Of a stretch of 64,000 nucleotides of DNA, positions 13,424-27,091 are shown piece by piece (the first letter of the stretch is position 1; each line of letters starts with the position of its first letter). Below the pieces are notes generated by a model that was not told the DNA's origin, made no database searches, and was given only the letters and a program-made list of their open reading frames with translations. Both the position numbers and the translations under genes were made by a program. The DNA comes from Octopus vulgaris (lineage: Eukaryota), in the NCBI GenBank assembly GCA_951406725.2, contig OX597832.1, positions 10,912,001-10,976,000 on the forward strand. The letters are read 5' to 3'.

Positions 13424-13599
13424 TTATATTTACATACATAATTGCATACATACATATCTGTTTTGTGTTATGTGTGTTCAATTCACTAAGCGTTATGAAC
13501 TTTTTAAATAATACGTAGATAATTTGGAAAATTCCGAATTTCTGTTATGTTCATGTATATCGATATAATATACATCCATAATACGTCTTCATATATAAA

Positions 13600-13806
13600 T
13601 TTCAAATTTTGGCACAAGGCCAGCAAGCTCGGTGGAAGGGTTAGTTGATTGCATCGATCCCATTGCTTAACTGAAAATTATTTTATCGAGCCCAGAATGA
13701 TGAACGTTAACGTCGACTGCGGAGGAATTTGAAATCACACCGTAGAAGCAGACGAAATAACGCTATTCTTCACAGCGTGGTAACAATTCTCTCAGCTCAC
13801 CGCCTT
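13600..13806 (-). mobile_element. Nin-domain tRNA-derived SINE (second family), diverged
   Basis: Reverse strand reads GGCGGTGAGCTG.GAGAATTGTTA...TTCAAATTCC.CCGCAGTCGAC...TCATCATTCTGGGCTCGATAAAATAA...GCCTTGTGCCAAAATTTGAA. Confidence 0.75.
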
Positions 13807-16800
13807 ATTACATCTTAATATTTATGTATTCTTTAGTGATTTGTCGCATATTTCTTTTTTTCCTTTTTTAGTAGAGTATATTATCGGTATTCATATATTC
13901 CCATTTTGTTTTGTTTTGTTTGCTTTTAACGCTTTGATGTGTTAAATTTAGAGTCTTTCAAGATATTAATAATGCATCAGCAATGTATATTTGAAATCTA
14001 GTTATTCAAATGCATGTATATATATATACATATATATATATCACATCTCATATCTATAATTCATAAGATGGAGCTATTTGATACTCTTACATCGCGAATC
14101 ACCTCACAGTGACTCACCATATTTAGGTGGGCAAGATCCGATGTACATGCTACATATATAGTGATTCATCTCACCGAAATCATCACCACGTTTTAAACAA
14201 ACTTTAATCAATGAAGCATTTCTCTCCGAATAATTGTTTTCTGAAGAGGTTTACGTCGCAGGTCTATGCTTTGACTTCCCCCAGTTATACAAAACGTTAC
14301 TACTTTATTAATAACTTCAGGAATGAAAGCGATATTTAGATCAGTAATAAACAAGAAGCAGCTGCCACTGCTGGTGGTATAGGAAAATTAAGAATGAAAA
14401 TAATTGCAATTTTTGGCATAATTTGAGATGTGAGGTTGTTACCATTGGCTCCGAGTTTTCTATTTTTTAACTGGTACCTTACGTTACAAATCTCGAACGG
14501 ATGAATGTCAACATTGACCACTATGCGAATGGAAACTAAACCTGAATGAGTTTGAAAAAATTCCGTCAGCATTTTTGACGCGTAAAAGGCTTTTGCCATC
14601 TCTGCCTTTTCAATGTAAATGTTGACACAGGGACATCAGCTTTAGTTGTGCATTAGAATATTAGAGTCAGGCCAAAATTTAACTAGTTCTTTATTCTATC
14701 GACACTGAGAGGTTGAAAGCAAATTTGAAGGAAAAAAAAAGATTTGCATACCACTTTCTGTCGGTCCGACGATTCCACCAAGACAACTATTAAATTCCAT
14801 TTGAATCATAAGCAGAATCTGAAGAGTGTACTGGAGTTCATTTCTTTGACTCCAGTACATGACTCTTACATTACTTTCGTAATGTGTCAAAGGGTGAATC
14901 CCGAATATGATTTAGGAGAAATTTAAATATAAAAAATTTAAAAGACGATAAAAATATGTCTAGACGGAATAGTACACCCAGAATTCGTATTCTTTGGATA
15001 TCATATTTAACTCTATCCCCTTCCATATTTGAAAGCATTTTCTAAAAAGTTTTTAAGTATTGCAAGAATCGGCTACTTGATTCTGTCCATGAGTTTCACA
15101 TAATCCTGTACTTGTACGGTTGACTTCAATGAAATGTTAAATAAACAACTGTTAAAACAATCCACACAAATTTTACAAAGAAATTGAAAATTAATTAACT
15201 CAGTTGTATTTACATTCAATATGACTGAAAGTAAGTTGTAATCGATATAGCCATAGGTCATTTTTAGGTCGTTACTCAACATGATGCTACCTATTCAACA
15301 ACATTTGTGCTCGTAAACATCTTTAAAATTTTGATAACTTTAGATATTTTGCGTTTTTAAACTGAGTTTGTACTTTCTTTTGTCTCATGATGCATAAAGT
15401 TCTCTCACTGTGTGATCTATTTTTTAGTTGAAAGTGCTAGAGTGTTTAATTTGGTATAATTGACTTCATATATTTTGCTTCCCATGAAAAATATATATTT
15501 GCAATAAAGAACAAAACTGGACGCAACATTACATTTACATTCATGTTCTCTTTGATTGCAGACCGCAACAGATAATGGCTAGTGGCATCGCAATTTTTCT
15601 CATGCTAAATATTTATGGGTTCCTAGAGTTAGAAGGATAAATTCCTGAGAGAAAACCACATAAAAATATATCAGTTTTGTTACATAGATATATTCTGACA
15701 GAACAATTATATTAAAAGCCTTCAAACATTTAGCACTCATACTTCAAATATTTTGTGGTTTTAAATACGGAACTAATTAAACATATATAGGTAATGTAAA
15801 ATATAATCGATTTCGGTTTATTTCTGTTCAGTACTTACTATAAAAGTAAAGCCGTAGATTAGGAAACTAAAGAGGAACAAATACACAATATAACATCACA
15901 AGAACTGAATGACTGCTGACAATGGATTTTCTAAGTTTCAATTATATTTTAGAATATATGAAGTGTAAATTGATAAATTATTCATCGCAAGAGAACAAAT
16001 ACACAATATGACTAAAGTATATTTATTTAAAATCACTTCAGCAAAAATTACACTTATCTTATCCTAGATGTCTCTACTTAGTATTATTCTTTACAGAGAT
16101 AACGTTTATCTATGATGTTCTGGTAATGAGATATATTTGAAAAGGTTGAATAAAATATATTTGTTGGTGTTCTATTAATAAAGATTCATTGAAGTTAAAG
16201 CTACACAAAGAATATATGAAACCATTTAATTCTGTATAATTTGATTATTTAATAATTTTGCACAAGACAACAAATTTATAAAGAAAACACAATGTCATAA
16301 CGTATTGTTCTCATTGTTTGTAAGACCATTATTTGTGTGATTGAAATAAAGTGTGGACGAATAATATATTTCAATATCAATGTTTCTACATTTATGGAAT
16401 TTGATTTCCGATATTCGAACAATTATGAAGGAAGGCATAATTGATTAAATCAAGGCCGCTTGTTGATTGCAACATATTTTTCTCAACTACTGAAGGGATG
16501 AATGTATAATTTATCCAGGCATGGCTTTAAAATTCAAATCTTTTGTCCGACTCACTAACAATGTCGTCATTACATTAAACATTACAAGATTTGTGCCTTC
16601 TCACCAGAAACTACGAAGAGCATATAATGAAGTTGAAATCATTAAGTTTATATAGTTTGGGCGGGAAAAGAATTTTCATTTTCTCTGGCAGCCCAGGTTT
16701 TATATAACATGCGTGTGTGTGTGTTTGTTTAATAGACATATATATATATACGTACATGTATATACGTGAATATATATATATATATATATATGCATATATA

Positions 16801-16834
16801 TATATACATACATATATGTATATATATATATGTT

Positions 16835-16894
16835 TCTTTTATCTTTTTCCCGTTTCAGTCATTAGATTGTGGCCATCCTCCTCTCTTTCTCTGC

Positions 16895-16955
<61 letters not shown>

Positions 16956-17292
16956 TATAACAAGATAACAACTTTCACTTTAAAGTCAACTGAATCGACC
17001 CCAGTAGATAATGATTTGTGTACGATGACGCTATGTTACGGGTACAAAAACATACCAACACCGGTTTTGAACGGTCATGGGGGAGGGCAAACATAGACAA
17101 AAACTCGCACACATACACACACAAACGGATACACATATAAATACGACAGACATCTTTCAGTTTCCGTCTACCAAATCCTTGGTCAGCCCGATGCTGTAGT
17201 AGAAGAGACTTGCCAAGCTCCTCCTTGGTGGGACTGAACTCGGAACCATGTCGTTTGGAAGCAAGCTTCTTAACACACAGACACGCCTGCCC
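16835..17292 (-). mobile_element. Main SINE family copy, diverged and interrupted by (TA)n
   Basis: GTTTCAGTCATT..TGTGGCCAT, CTTTCAGTTTCCGTCTACCAAATCC, GGGACTGAACTCGGAACCATG. Confidence 0.85.
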
Positions 17293-17318
17293 ATATGTGT
17301 GTGTGTGTTTGTCTATGT

Positions 17319-17608
17319 GTTGGTCAAGTGTCTTCTACTATATTTTCGGGCCGCCCAAAGCCTTGTGAGTGGATTTGGTAGGCGGAAACTGAAAGAAGCC
17401 CGTCGTATATACGTATTACATATATGTATGTGTGTGTATATGTTTTTGTGTCCGTGTTTTTCCCCCAAAATTGCTTCACAACCGATGCTGGTGTGTTCAC
17501 GTCCCCGTAACATAGCGGTTCGGCAAAATAAGTCCTAGGGTCGATTTGCACAACTAAAGATGGTGCTCCAGCATAGCCACAGTTAAATGACTGAAACATA
17601 AAAAAGAG
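17319..17608 (+). mobile_element. Main SINE family copy, 5'-truncated
   Basis: CAAGTGTCTTCTACTATA...AAAGCCTTGTGAGTGGATTTGGTAG...GGTGCTCCAGCAT...TGACTGAAAC. Confidence 0.88.
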
Positions 17609-17620
17609 TATATGTGTATT

Positions 17621-17667
<47 letters not shown>

Positions 17668-18234
17668 ATGTGTGTGTGTGTGCGTAGGCATACATTTGTC
17701 ACTTCAGGATTTCTTCACGTTAAAATTTAAGATGTATACCTACATTATTAAATACAAAACAATACTGTTTTATAAACATGAACAATAAATTAATCCTGAG
17801 AAGGTCAGTACGAACATGTTCTACGATATGTCAGGGCACAAAACGAGATTAAGTTGAATCCACTGAATGTTATTATCAAGGATTATCCAAAAGAGTATTT
17901 ATATTCAAACAAAAATATGAAGCACGTGTCTATTGAACAAAAATGCAGTAATTATACAAATACATTATCTGGAAATCGAGATAATCAGTAAACGAGAACG
18001 TATGACAGAAATTATCAATATAATAATAGCTATGTGTTGAATGATTGAAAAATATAGATAAATTCTCAAACAAAGCCTACATGTATAGAATCAAGGGAAG
18101 ATAATGATATTAGCTACTACTCATATTATTCAGTAAACACCATAGATGTGCACGAAATGAAATGAAAAGTGGTTCACGTTTTCATCGCGAAGAGAATATT
18201 GCACTGAAAGGAAAGAATAAATGTAAAGCTGCTG

Positions 18235-18410
18235 TTGCTAATAATAATAACAATAATAATAATAATAATAATAAACAAGAAAAGTGCAACAGGAGGAGGA
18301 CGTGAAGAACAAGCACAAGAAGAAGAAGAAGCGCAAGATGAAGAAGCACAAGAAGATAAAGAAGAAGAAAAAGAAGAAATAGTAGTTGTAGTATTAGAAG
18401 AAGAATATAA
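18235..18410. repeat. (AAT)n followed by degenerate (GAA)n
   Basis: Directly visible; produces the poly-E and poly-L ORFs. Confidence 0.9.
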
Positions 18411-20400
18411 TTTACTGTATGTAGGACATTCAAAAGCCTGAGATCAGGAGAAAGGTGAATGGAAAATCTACAGCATGGTAGGATTTACAAAGAGTACTAT
18501 AATACATAAGGCAGTATAAGAAACACAAGAAAAATACATAGCAATAGTATTTGTGAACATATTATGGATATTTAGCAGAGCAGCAGGTGGAACGTATTAG
18601 GCTTGAAATTATTCTTCTTTAGATGTATAGTTCTAGCTAATTAATTAATGTGTATTATAGAAATTAATGATTGAATTCATAATCACATTAAGAAGTCATA
18701 TATTTAGAACAATAAATGAAAATAATTTAGTATAAAAAAAAAATTCGTGGTGATATATCTATGATGAATGTTCCACAATGTAGAAGAAAAGCTTTTGTAC
18801 ATACTCTAATAGCGTTATTAATATATCTTTCTTTGTTTCGAAACTGATTTATGCTGGGTTTCCCGGATATTTGGGACAAATTTTGTTTTTCGTTTGTAAG
18901 GTGCATCTACCGGATATTGATCGATGACCTCGAAGAAAATAAATTACTTTATAATCGAAGAATCAGACACAATGGAGGACAATGTGACTGAACGAAATAG
19001 TGAACTTATCCATATATGAATATAAGGAAGTGGAGATAACCAGCATCCAAGAACATCTGATATTAACTATGCATATAACAATAGGTATCTTGTGAATGAG
19101 CAAAAAAGAGAAAAGAGCAAGATATATTTATAAATAAAACCTCGGGTATCTCAGACACGCACAACAATAAGAAAATATTGTCAACCGTTAGTGCATCCAT
19201 ATTATTTAGTCAACACATTAGAAGATACGAAAAGAAAGGAAAATGCTGCATGTACCCAAGACAGTGAAAATTGTACTCAGTAGTGCAGTGAAAGAAATGA
19301 ATGTGCATGATGTGAAACAGTGGATGTATTTCAGAATAAATATATACTAATAAAATATGATTAAATTCCATGAAGTAACCAAGTATATCACAATATCATA
19401 ATGGAGCAATATCATAATAGAAGAGCAATTGATTTTAAAGGATCTTTTCCATTTAGGGGAATCGTAGATATTTCTTTATATATCTGTTATAAAAAAACAT
19501 CGCAAAAATTCGGTTCAATGCAATTGTTTTCAAATATATTTTCTCATATTCTGTTCTCACATTCCTCCATACTTTTTCCCATCGTTAAGTGTATGATGAA
19601 AGTGAGAATAATGGGTTGCTATAGAATTATTATATGTAGGCTAAACGTTTGAGAGAATATCTCTATCTTATAGACGTGGAGTACTTTCTGCTACGTTATG
19701 CTATTCACGTACACATATAGGCGCATTCGCTTCATGTAAATTCTTAACAACGTTTTTTTTTTTAATTCAAGAAAAAATGCTTTTTTGTTATAAACATTCA
19801 TAAGACATATCATAGAGCTGTCAATCCTATTCGAAATATGAGGCATATGAAGACGCTGGTGTGAAACCATAAAACCCGTTAGAAACAAGAAATATTTGTG
19901 ATTCAGAAAGCATGTAAATGTAATATGAATGCGTGAGTCATATATTTCAGTTATATATATATATATAAAGGGTTTTGTATGATTGTGTATAGAGGGATAT
20001 ATATTATTCAAAGAAATTCCAACTCTTTCTATTTTGTTATGTTTTATTTTTATTCTTTATAATACTAATGTAGAATATAGAATATATAGTATAAATAAAA
20101 TATATAGTAAAATGAAATAAAGTATTGATTGTCTTATTGAATAGATGAAATGTTGAAACACTCCTGTCAAAACCTGGGACCTTGAAGACTGCTTTAGTGC
20201 AAGAAAGTATACTAGTCCCTTAATATTTGATATTAAACGGGAAGAACTTGGTCAAGAAAAGTTTGAGGACTGTGATTCTGCTCTTAGGCAGAAACTCACG
20301 TGATATAAAAGATAAATACTGATGCAGTTCTAAAATAAATCAGAATCACAATGCATTTGTGATTAGTAAAATGGTTGCATATATACGCATGTGTGCGAGA

Positions 20401-20450
<50 letters not shown>

Positions 20451-21554
20451 TAATGTATGCATGTGTGTATGTGTTTGGAGATATTTTTCTTATCTCTTTA
20501 TCAAAAGCATATATTTAACATATTTTTCTATTTTAGTTCATTCGGTCCAGAAAGTACACAGATAATGCCTATGTAGATATTAATTACATGTTCTTATGCA
20601 TTCTGTAAGAATGTGTCTATGGTTGTGTGTGTGCGTGTGAATCAGTCATTCTCTCAATTTCACTCTCTCTCATTTTCTCTGTCTACGTCTCTGTATGTGT
20701 GTCTATACATCTGTTTATATATGTTGTACGTGTATAAATCTACTTTCACTTTCGACTTATGCTACTCTTCATCGACATCAGGAAGATGAAGATCAACGTA
20801 TTCTTCGGTGCAATTTTACATCTGAACATCAAAGATCTGAAACATAATACCAATATGCATTTCGTACGATGCAATCGAGGCTCTGCTTACCTACTTAAAG
20901 CAAATTTGTTAATTTTAGAAGACCGTTGTAAACTGAAAATAACAGTTGCCATATGTTCATTCCATTAGTACACGCTATGCAAAAGGCTTTTGGTAATCAT
21001 ATGCTATTGCAAAATCTGACTGCATATAATAGTTTATATTGCATATTTACATTACAATAACATATCTTTAAAAGCTGAGATATCAAAGATCAAAATATTG
21101 GCAAAAGAAAATTTTACTGTAATCGATATATATTTGGCAAAAAGTATTTAGCATATGAGAAGTGTATATATGTGTTTAAATAACTGTGCACAGGCACACA
21201 AATATTCATATTCTTGCATTTCTCCATCGCTCTCTCTCTCTCTCTCTCTCTCTCTGTATATATATATGTAAGACTCAGAACCTGGTCTCTGGATGGAGGC
21301 TTAGCTGGGTGGAGGTGCTTATCTCCCCCTTGCAAACATGACACAGGAATTGTGTCAAGACCGACAGGAAGCGTTGCTGCTTCCTAGTGCTAAATAGCAG
21401 TAGTATTATTCTCTTCATGGCACTGAACCTTAAGTTGACAGTATACAACTACTTTATCGTACCACTACTGCATAAAAATCTATGAGATATTTAGAAATAT
21501 ATATATATATATCTGTGTGTGTGTGTGTGTGTATGTGTATTATAAATAAATAAC

Positions 21555-21850
21555 GAGCATCCGTCGGTTACGTCGATGTGGGTTCCAGTTTTACAACGGA
21601 ACAGCTTGCTCGTGAAACTTACGTGCATGTGGATGAGAACTTCACAGCCACGTTTACCATAGTCGTCAAGGAGATTCAGTGTGACAAGGCAGGACATTTC
21701 AAGTACATGTACTACTCATTTTTGCCAGCTGATTGGACTGGAGCAACGTGGAATTAAGTGTCTTGCTCAAGGATGCAGTGCATCAGCTGGAATTGAACTC
21801 ACGACCGATCGTGAGTCGAATACCCGAACCAATAAACCACGCGGCTTCAC
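21555..21850 (-). mobile_element. tRNA-headed SINE with CORE-like central domain (third family)
   Basis: Reverse strand: GTGAAGCCGCGTGGTTTATTGGTT...GTGAGTTCAATTCC...CCTTGAGCAAGACACTTAATTCCACGTTGCTCCAGTCCAATCAGCTGGCAAAAATGAGTAG. Confidence 0.75.
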
Positions 21851-21939
21851 TATAGATAAACAGTCCGTTTTTATCGAACAAATGCGAAAATAAAGAAGAA
21901 TAAATGACGTGATGACGGTGCGCGTATCGCAGCTCCGTT

Positions 21940-22035
21940 TAGCCCGGTGGAATTTGAACTAAGAACGTAAAGACGTATGAAATACAGCTAAGTATTTTCG
22001 CCGGGGGTACCAACGATTCTACCAGCACGCTACCT
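21940..22035 (-). mobile_element. 5' part of a Nin-domain SINE
   Basis: GGAATTTGAACT.AGAACGTAAAGAC..ATGAAATAC.GCTAAG...AACGATTCT.CCAGC, similar to the head of the 13600 copy. Confidence 0.65.
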
Positions 22036-23313
22036 TGCAAATGTATTATGTTATTAAATATTGTTATAGTATCAATTATCACAGGCTGTTCTTATGTCAA
22101 CACACATTTCTTTGTTATGATATATGGAGTGAGAACATCATTATAGGCATATGCTGCGGCTACTAGAAGAAGAATTGCATGTATTAAAGGATTCTCAATC
22201 ACACATGTACAAGAATAATGCCTGGAACAACGTAAATAAATAGAACTGATTCAAATTTCATTACCAAAACAAGGAACAATGTAAGCAAAAATATACACTA
22301 ACATCTGACGTTTTAGCATATATACATAGGTATAGAATTATACACAAACACGTATGTATACGTGTGTGTGTGTTTGTGTGTGTACATATGCGCACTAGCC
22401 AAAGCTTTCTCTGGTACTTGTTAGTACTATTCTGAATCATTCGCACGTACGATAGGGGTCACCTTATATAGTTCAAGTTCTGGACATACGCTATCGCAAG
22501 GATTGCAACAGATGCTATAATGATTTGAAAGCATATCATTGTGCACCATCTGTGTTCGACTTACACCAGCAGATGGAGCTAGTAGGATCATATGTGAATA
22601 TGTGCTACACCTTGCTGACTTGCTCAAATAACCTGGAGGAACTCATCTTGCATGACAGAATCAAAGTATTTTAGATGGGTATGTGTGTTCGAGGAAAGGG
22701 TGAGGTGCTGCGTGTTTGCGTGACGTGGGCGTGTGTATGTTTAAATACGTGTACCGATGGTTCCTTTCTCGTTCACATGTTTATATGCACCCGGCTTTAA
22801 GCAGCCGTGAATAACAATGTATTTGTATTTGCAACGGTGTGTTTCAGTGAGTGTGTTTGTGTTTATTTTTGATTGTGCAATATCACTCGATGTATAGCTT
22901 GACATTGTATTTGCTTTGAAGTGATTTTGAAATTACTTTCCCAATATACATATGCTTTATAGAATTTGCTTCGGATTTAATGCTATTTAATTACAAAATT
23001 TCACTTTTTGTTACTACCTTCCTGTGGTGGCTCATTGTCTATAAACTGGGTTACTACATCTCTGTTTTCTAGCGTTGTCCAGCGCTCGAATCCCTCAAGG
23101 CATGAAACATATTCAGTCAGTATAAGGGCAACACTTCCTAAGTGGACAAAATTGAGACAACGCAGACAGCTACAGAACTCACCCGCATATAGTTACAAAC
23201 TAATTGGCTCACTCTTGTTCAACTGGAGGTTACCTCAGTTGACTAAGCGATCTTCTTCAGTCTGGGATTTCTGTGTATATATACATCCAGCTATGTATCA
23301 ATTAATAAAATGC

Positions 23314-23345
<32 letters not shown>

Positions 23346-23637
23346 GACCTTGATTTATCTCAACGGACTTTTTCGTCGGCGTTCACCCAGCCTGGCGTCA
23401 ACGCATATTGAGAGACAGTTTTGTACCATTTATCCCATGGGCTCCTCGCGAGCGTGTGTCGAAAAGTTTGATGTGCATTTTGTTTGGAGAATTAGGTTCC
23501 TGGATTTTCCTGAAGAGAAGGCTGCAAAATGGTCTCCTTATTCAATCCGAATTAGGGACTTTGCAGCCTTTGAAACATATGTAGAAAATAATAAAAAGGA
23601 ATTTTGTTAAATCTTCGTTCAGCTCCATTTCTTCCTA

Positions 23638-23641
<4 letters not shown>
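23346..23641 (+). mobile_element. Short Penelope-like-element (pLTR-type) cassette bounded by (TA)n on both sides
   Basis: ~295-bp non-repetitive island between (TA)n tracts; carries a hammerhead motif immediately followed by AATAATAAA and a short tail, the usual PLE 3' arrangement. The PLE assignment is inference. Confidence 0.6.
23504..23589 (+). ncRNA. Type I hammerhead ribozyme with long helix II
   Basis: Helix I ATTTTC (23504-09)/GAAAAT (23584-89); core CTGAAGA (23510-16); helix II GAAGGCTGCAAA/TTTGCAGCCTTT with G-U closing pair; GAAA (23572-75); palindromic short helix III ACATATGT; predicted cleavage after GUA at 23583. Confidence 0.82.
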
Positions 23642-23707
<66 letters not shown>

Positions 23708-24159
23708 TCTAATGATATCGGACATAAGTTTAAAAGCATCAAGCAGGAATGCATTTACTGATTGATATAGTCGTTATGTACATATGTCCACGTGTACAAA
23801 GACAAGAAACAAATGTTTGTGAGTGTATGAACCCTGTTTGAAACGACATGGTCCATAGTGCTGTTTCACACAGGTGTAAGTCTCCTTGATGCCACTGCTT
23901 ACAAAATCGCTGATATCAGTAACTATAAAGGCATGTGGACCTATTTGTTATTCTAATCACAAGAAACGTTTTGTATACATATGCTGTTTGCGTCCTTCAA
24001 AACGTAAATTTGGTTAAATATTTTCTATATATTTTCACACTCTTTCTCTTTCTCTCTCTCACACACACACTCAAACCATCTTTCTCCCACAGTCTCTCAT
24101 TCTCTGTACATGTGTGTGTACTCATAGAAATTTATGTATGTATCTATAATTTTTCGATA

Positions 24160-24270
24160 TATCTAAGCATCTATCAATGTATCTATTTATCTCTATGCAT
24201 CTATCTGTCTATCTATTTAGCAATCTGTCTATCTACCTGTCTATCTATCCATCCCTTTATATATCTATCT

Positions 24271-24340
<70 letters not shown>
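24160..24340. repeat. (TATC)n-(TC)n-(TA)n compound microsatellite
   Basis: Directly visible. Confidence 0.92.
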
Positions 24341-24342
<2 letters not shown>

Positions 24343-24852
24343 ATATATTGACAGATTCATTGATATTATCGCACTCCCTTGCGGATTATCAGTCACATAC
24401 CCCTCAGCTACATTCGTTAAATACGCACATATATTATATTAAATCACATATGAAGAAACAATTTTCTAAAACTGCGTGGTAAATTGAATTATCTACAGTT
24501 CTTAAATTCGATAAGATATTCAGAAAGCTGCTTCTAGATTTCATGACAATACTGTTGAAGCACTTATGGAAGGAGCTGTTGTGCCGTGTTAAATTATCCG
24601 CAAAGAGAGTATTTGTCTTGCTTTGGAATCTGTTTAGTAAGTCATAAATAGCGTTTCATTTTATATCAGCTCACACATTCCTATTTCTTTCACATCATAT
24701 ATCTACAACTTTTAGTTTTAAGCAATAAAGATATTGGCTTTCTCTATGACTAGGCACCAATGGTCCATATTTTAGAGAAAGTTTGGCTGAAATAGGATAA
24801 TATGACATTCGTGCCTTTTCTAATGCAGTCTGATACAGACGTTATATATATA

Positions 24853-24889
<37 letters not shown>

Positions 24890-25044
24890 TAGGAATGTTC
24901 TGAGAAAATGTGAAAATTACTTTTCATAACAATTCATTGATTTGTAAGTCATGCAAGAAAGCATGAATTCGTGATCAACAGAATAAGATATTCTATTACA
25001 TTTTCAATACAAATTTCATTGCTTTCTGCGTTAGTGCTGATCTT

Positions 25045-25230
25045 TATCTCCAAGTCAGCCCTGACTGAGCACATGCACGGTACAAAACGCTCTGATCACG
25101 ATTACATTGTCTTTGTTCTTCAGGTATAAGGTGAGACTACATTATCAAAAGAATCGGTCCGTTTTAAAATGCATGGCGGATTCCCTTTGAGAAATCCGGC
25201 TGCAATTTTTAACAAGCTGATCCACTGCAT
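25045..25230 (+). repeat. Old interspersed repeat, probably related to ~40850-41055
   Basis: Weakly shared layout GTCAG..CTGA...ACTAC.TTAT.A...TTTTAAA...GCTGC.ATTTTTAACA. Confidence 0.45.
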
Positions 25231-26531
25231 GTTTTCTCAAAGTGTGATAGAATGGCAGAATATTTCGATATTTGTTGCATCCATGTAGGTAATGTAATAA
25301 TTTAAAGTGCGCGTGGACTTATATTTCAATTTTGCTAAGTCAGGGGTTTAAATATTATGTAACATTCGTATGATGTGCTTGATGTGGCAACATTTTTTGG
25401 TTGCAGTTGCAACGGAATGAGAGAACTTGTTATTGGATAAGTGAACATTCCGTAAAGCATTTCCTTTATTCGTATCCAATGTTTTCTTCTGGATGAACGA
25501 TTGGACATTGTAACAAATGCAGGAATAAAGGATAGCTTCTGAAACATGCAGTTTGCTTTTCAATCTCACTGCACGACAGGCTAAATAAGGCTTTCTACAT
25601 AAATATCAAGTTAAGAAAATATAGGTGAAAGGAATTTTATAGAGGATATATGCCGAATTTATTCAAATTACTTTTGGATGCTAGGTAATTTTACGATCAC
25701 GGTAAAACAACAATCTTGTCTATGTAATCTGCTTGCAAGATTCGCCCTTTTCAACGAGGCCTTCGGTCTACGGATAACTACGTCTCCTTCTAGTCACATT
25801 TTCACTGGAAATATTACTCAGAATTACAAGGATAGAGCATCCGTATGGGTATGATTTTTATAATAGGAGTAATAATTCAGGAGCAATGATCTTACAACGT
25901 ATATCCAACATTATCATTAATAAATATATCTTCATATATGCTTAAAGGCAACCTTGGAATGCTCGCCAAGACAGTGCGATAACATCGTTCGAAAGCTGCC
26001 AAAATGCGAAGAAAATTAGACCAGCTGTGTATAACACATTTGATAGTCTGATCAATAGAGTGATAAGGTAACAAGTTCTAATATTCAGTTAATAAACTGA
26101 AAACTTTAATTTAAAACTAGTTAGGTATAAAAGATTTTATATTAACTATTCTATGCTATCAATTGTATATTTAACTGACACAAAATATTGTAGATGCGTT
26201 TGAAAACATTTACATATGTGTACGTGATAGCATAACTCTGCATATGGTTTCATGAAAATAGAAATACATATACCTATATATAATGGAACCATACACATAA
26301 TTCACATTATCGCTATTCAGATATTTCAAATAGTTACATACGCGTCTGATTCTTGAGACGTTATACAGATAAGGTGAATTCACTCACTGCTTTCCAATAT
26401 ATATCTAAACTGTATTCATCTATTTTGTGTTCTTTCCTTCTGTTTGCCATCACAAAATATTTATGCGTTTTATTTAAGTTTAGTGCATGTGTGTGTGACA
26501 CTGCCTGCCTATGTACATATGTATGTTTATT

Positions 26532-26575
<44 letters not shown>

Positions 26576-26597
26576 CATATATACACATCTATATCTG

Positions 26598-26669
<72 letters not shown>

Positions 26670-27056
26670 TATACATGTCTATGGATTTATAGGCATATGC
26701 AAATACGTATGGGTGTATGAATATGCGTGATGTGTATGGTATCTGTGAACTATGTGCTGTAGATAAAACTATATTGCTCTCATTTAGGATTTTACACAAT
26801 AACGGACCATGTTGTAAATGGATCAGAGATAAATTACGAGTAAAAATGACAAAACCATCATCCATCGACATAGAGAAATGCTTTGTGAAATAGGTTAAAA
26901 TAGCATTAGTATTCTATAATGCTTGCCGACATACATGTTTGAGCGAACGTAAAACATATGCCAACGGGTTTATACAAAGCCCACACTTTCACACTCTCTT
27001 TGTTGCTCTCGCTCTTTCGCTCTCTCGCCCTCACATTATCACTGCACGCTTACTTA

Positions 27057-27091
<35 letters not shown>

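Noticed and set aside
18182-18441. Acidic poly-E ORF and poly-L ORF on the opposite strand
   Set aside because: Degenerate (GAA)n and (AAT)n repeats
23008-23610. 200-aa ORF, plus half hammerhead motifs (CAAGGCATGAAACATATTC at ~23095 on +; CTGAAGA and a hairpin at ~23260 on -)
   Set aside because: The ORF runs through a (TA)n tract and joins two unrelated repeat islands; the half motifs are on opposite strands and cannot form one ribozyme
25892-26074. ILAAFERCY resembling the GPCR TM3 E/DRY region
   Set aside because: No other transmembrane segments in frame; flanked by stops
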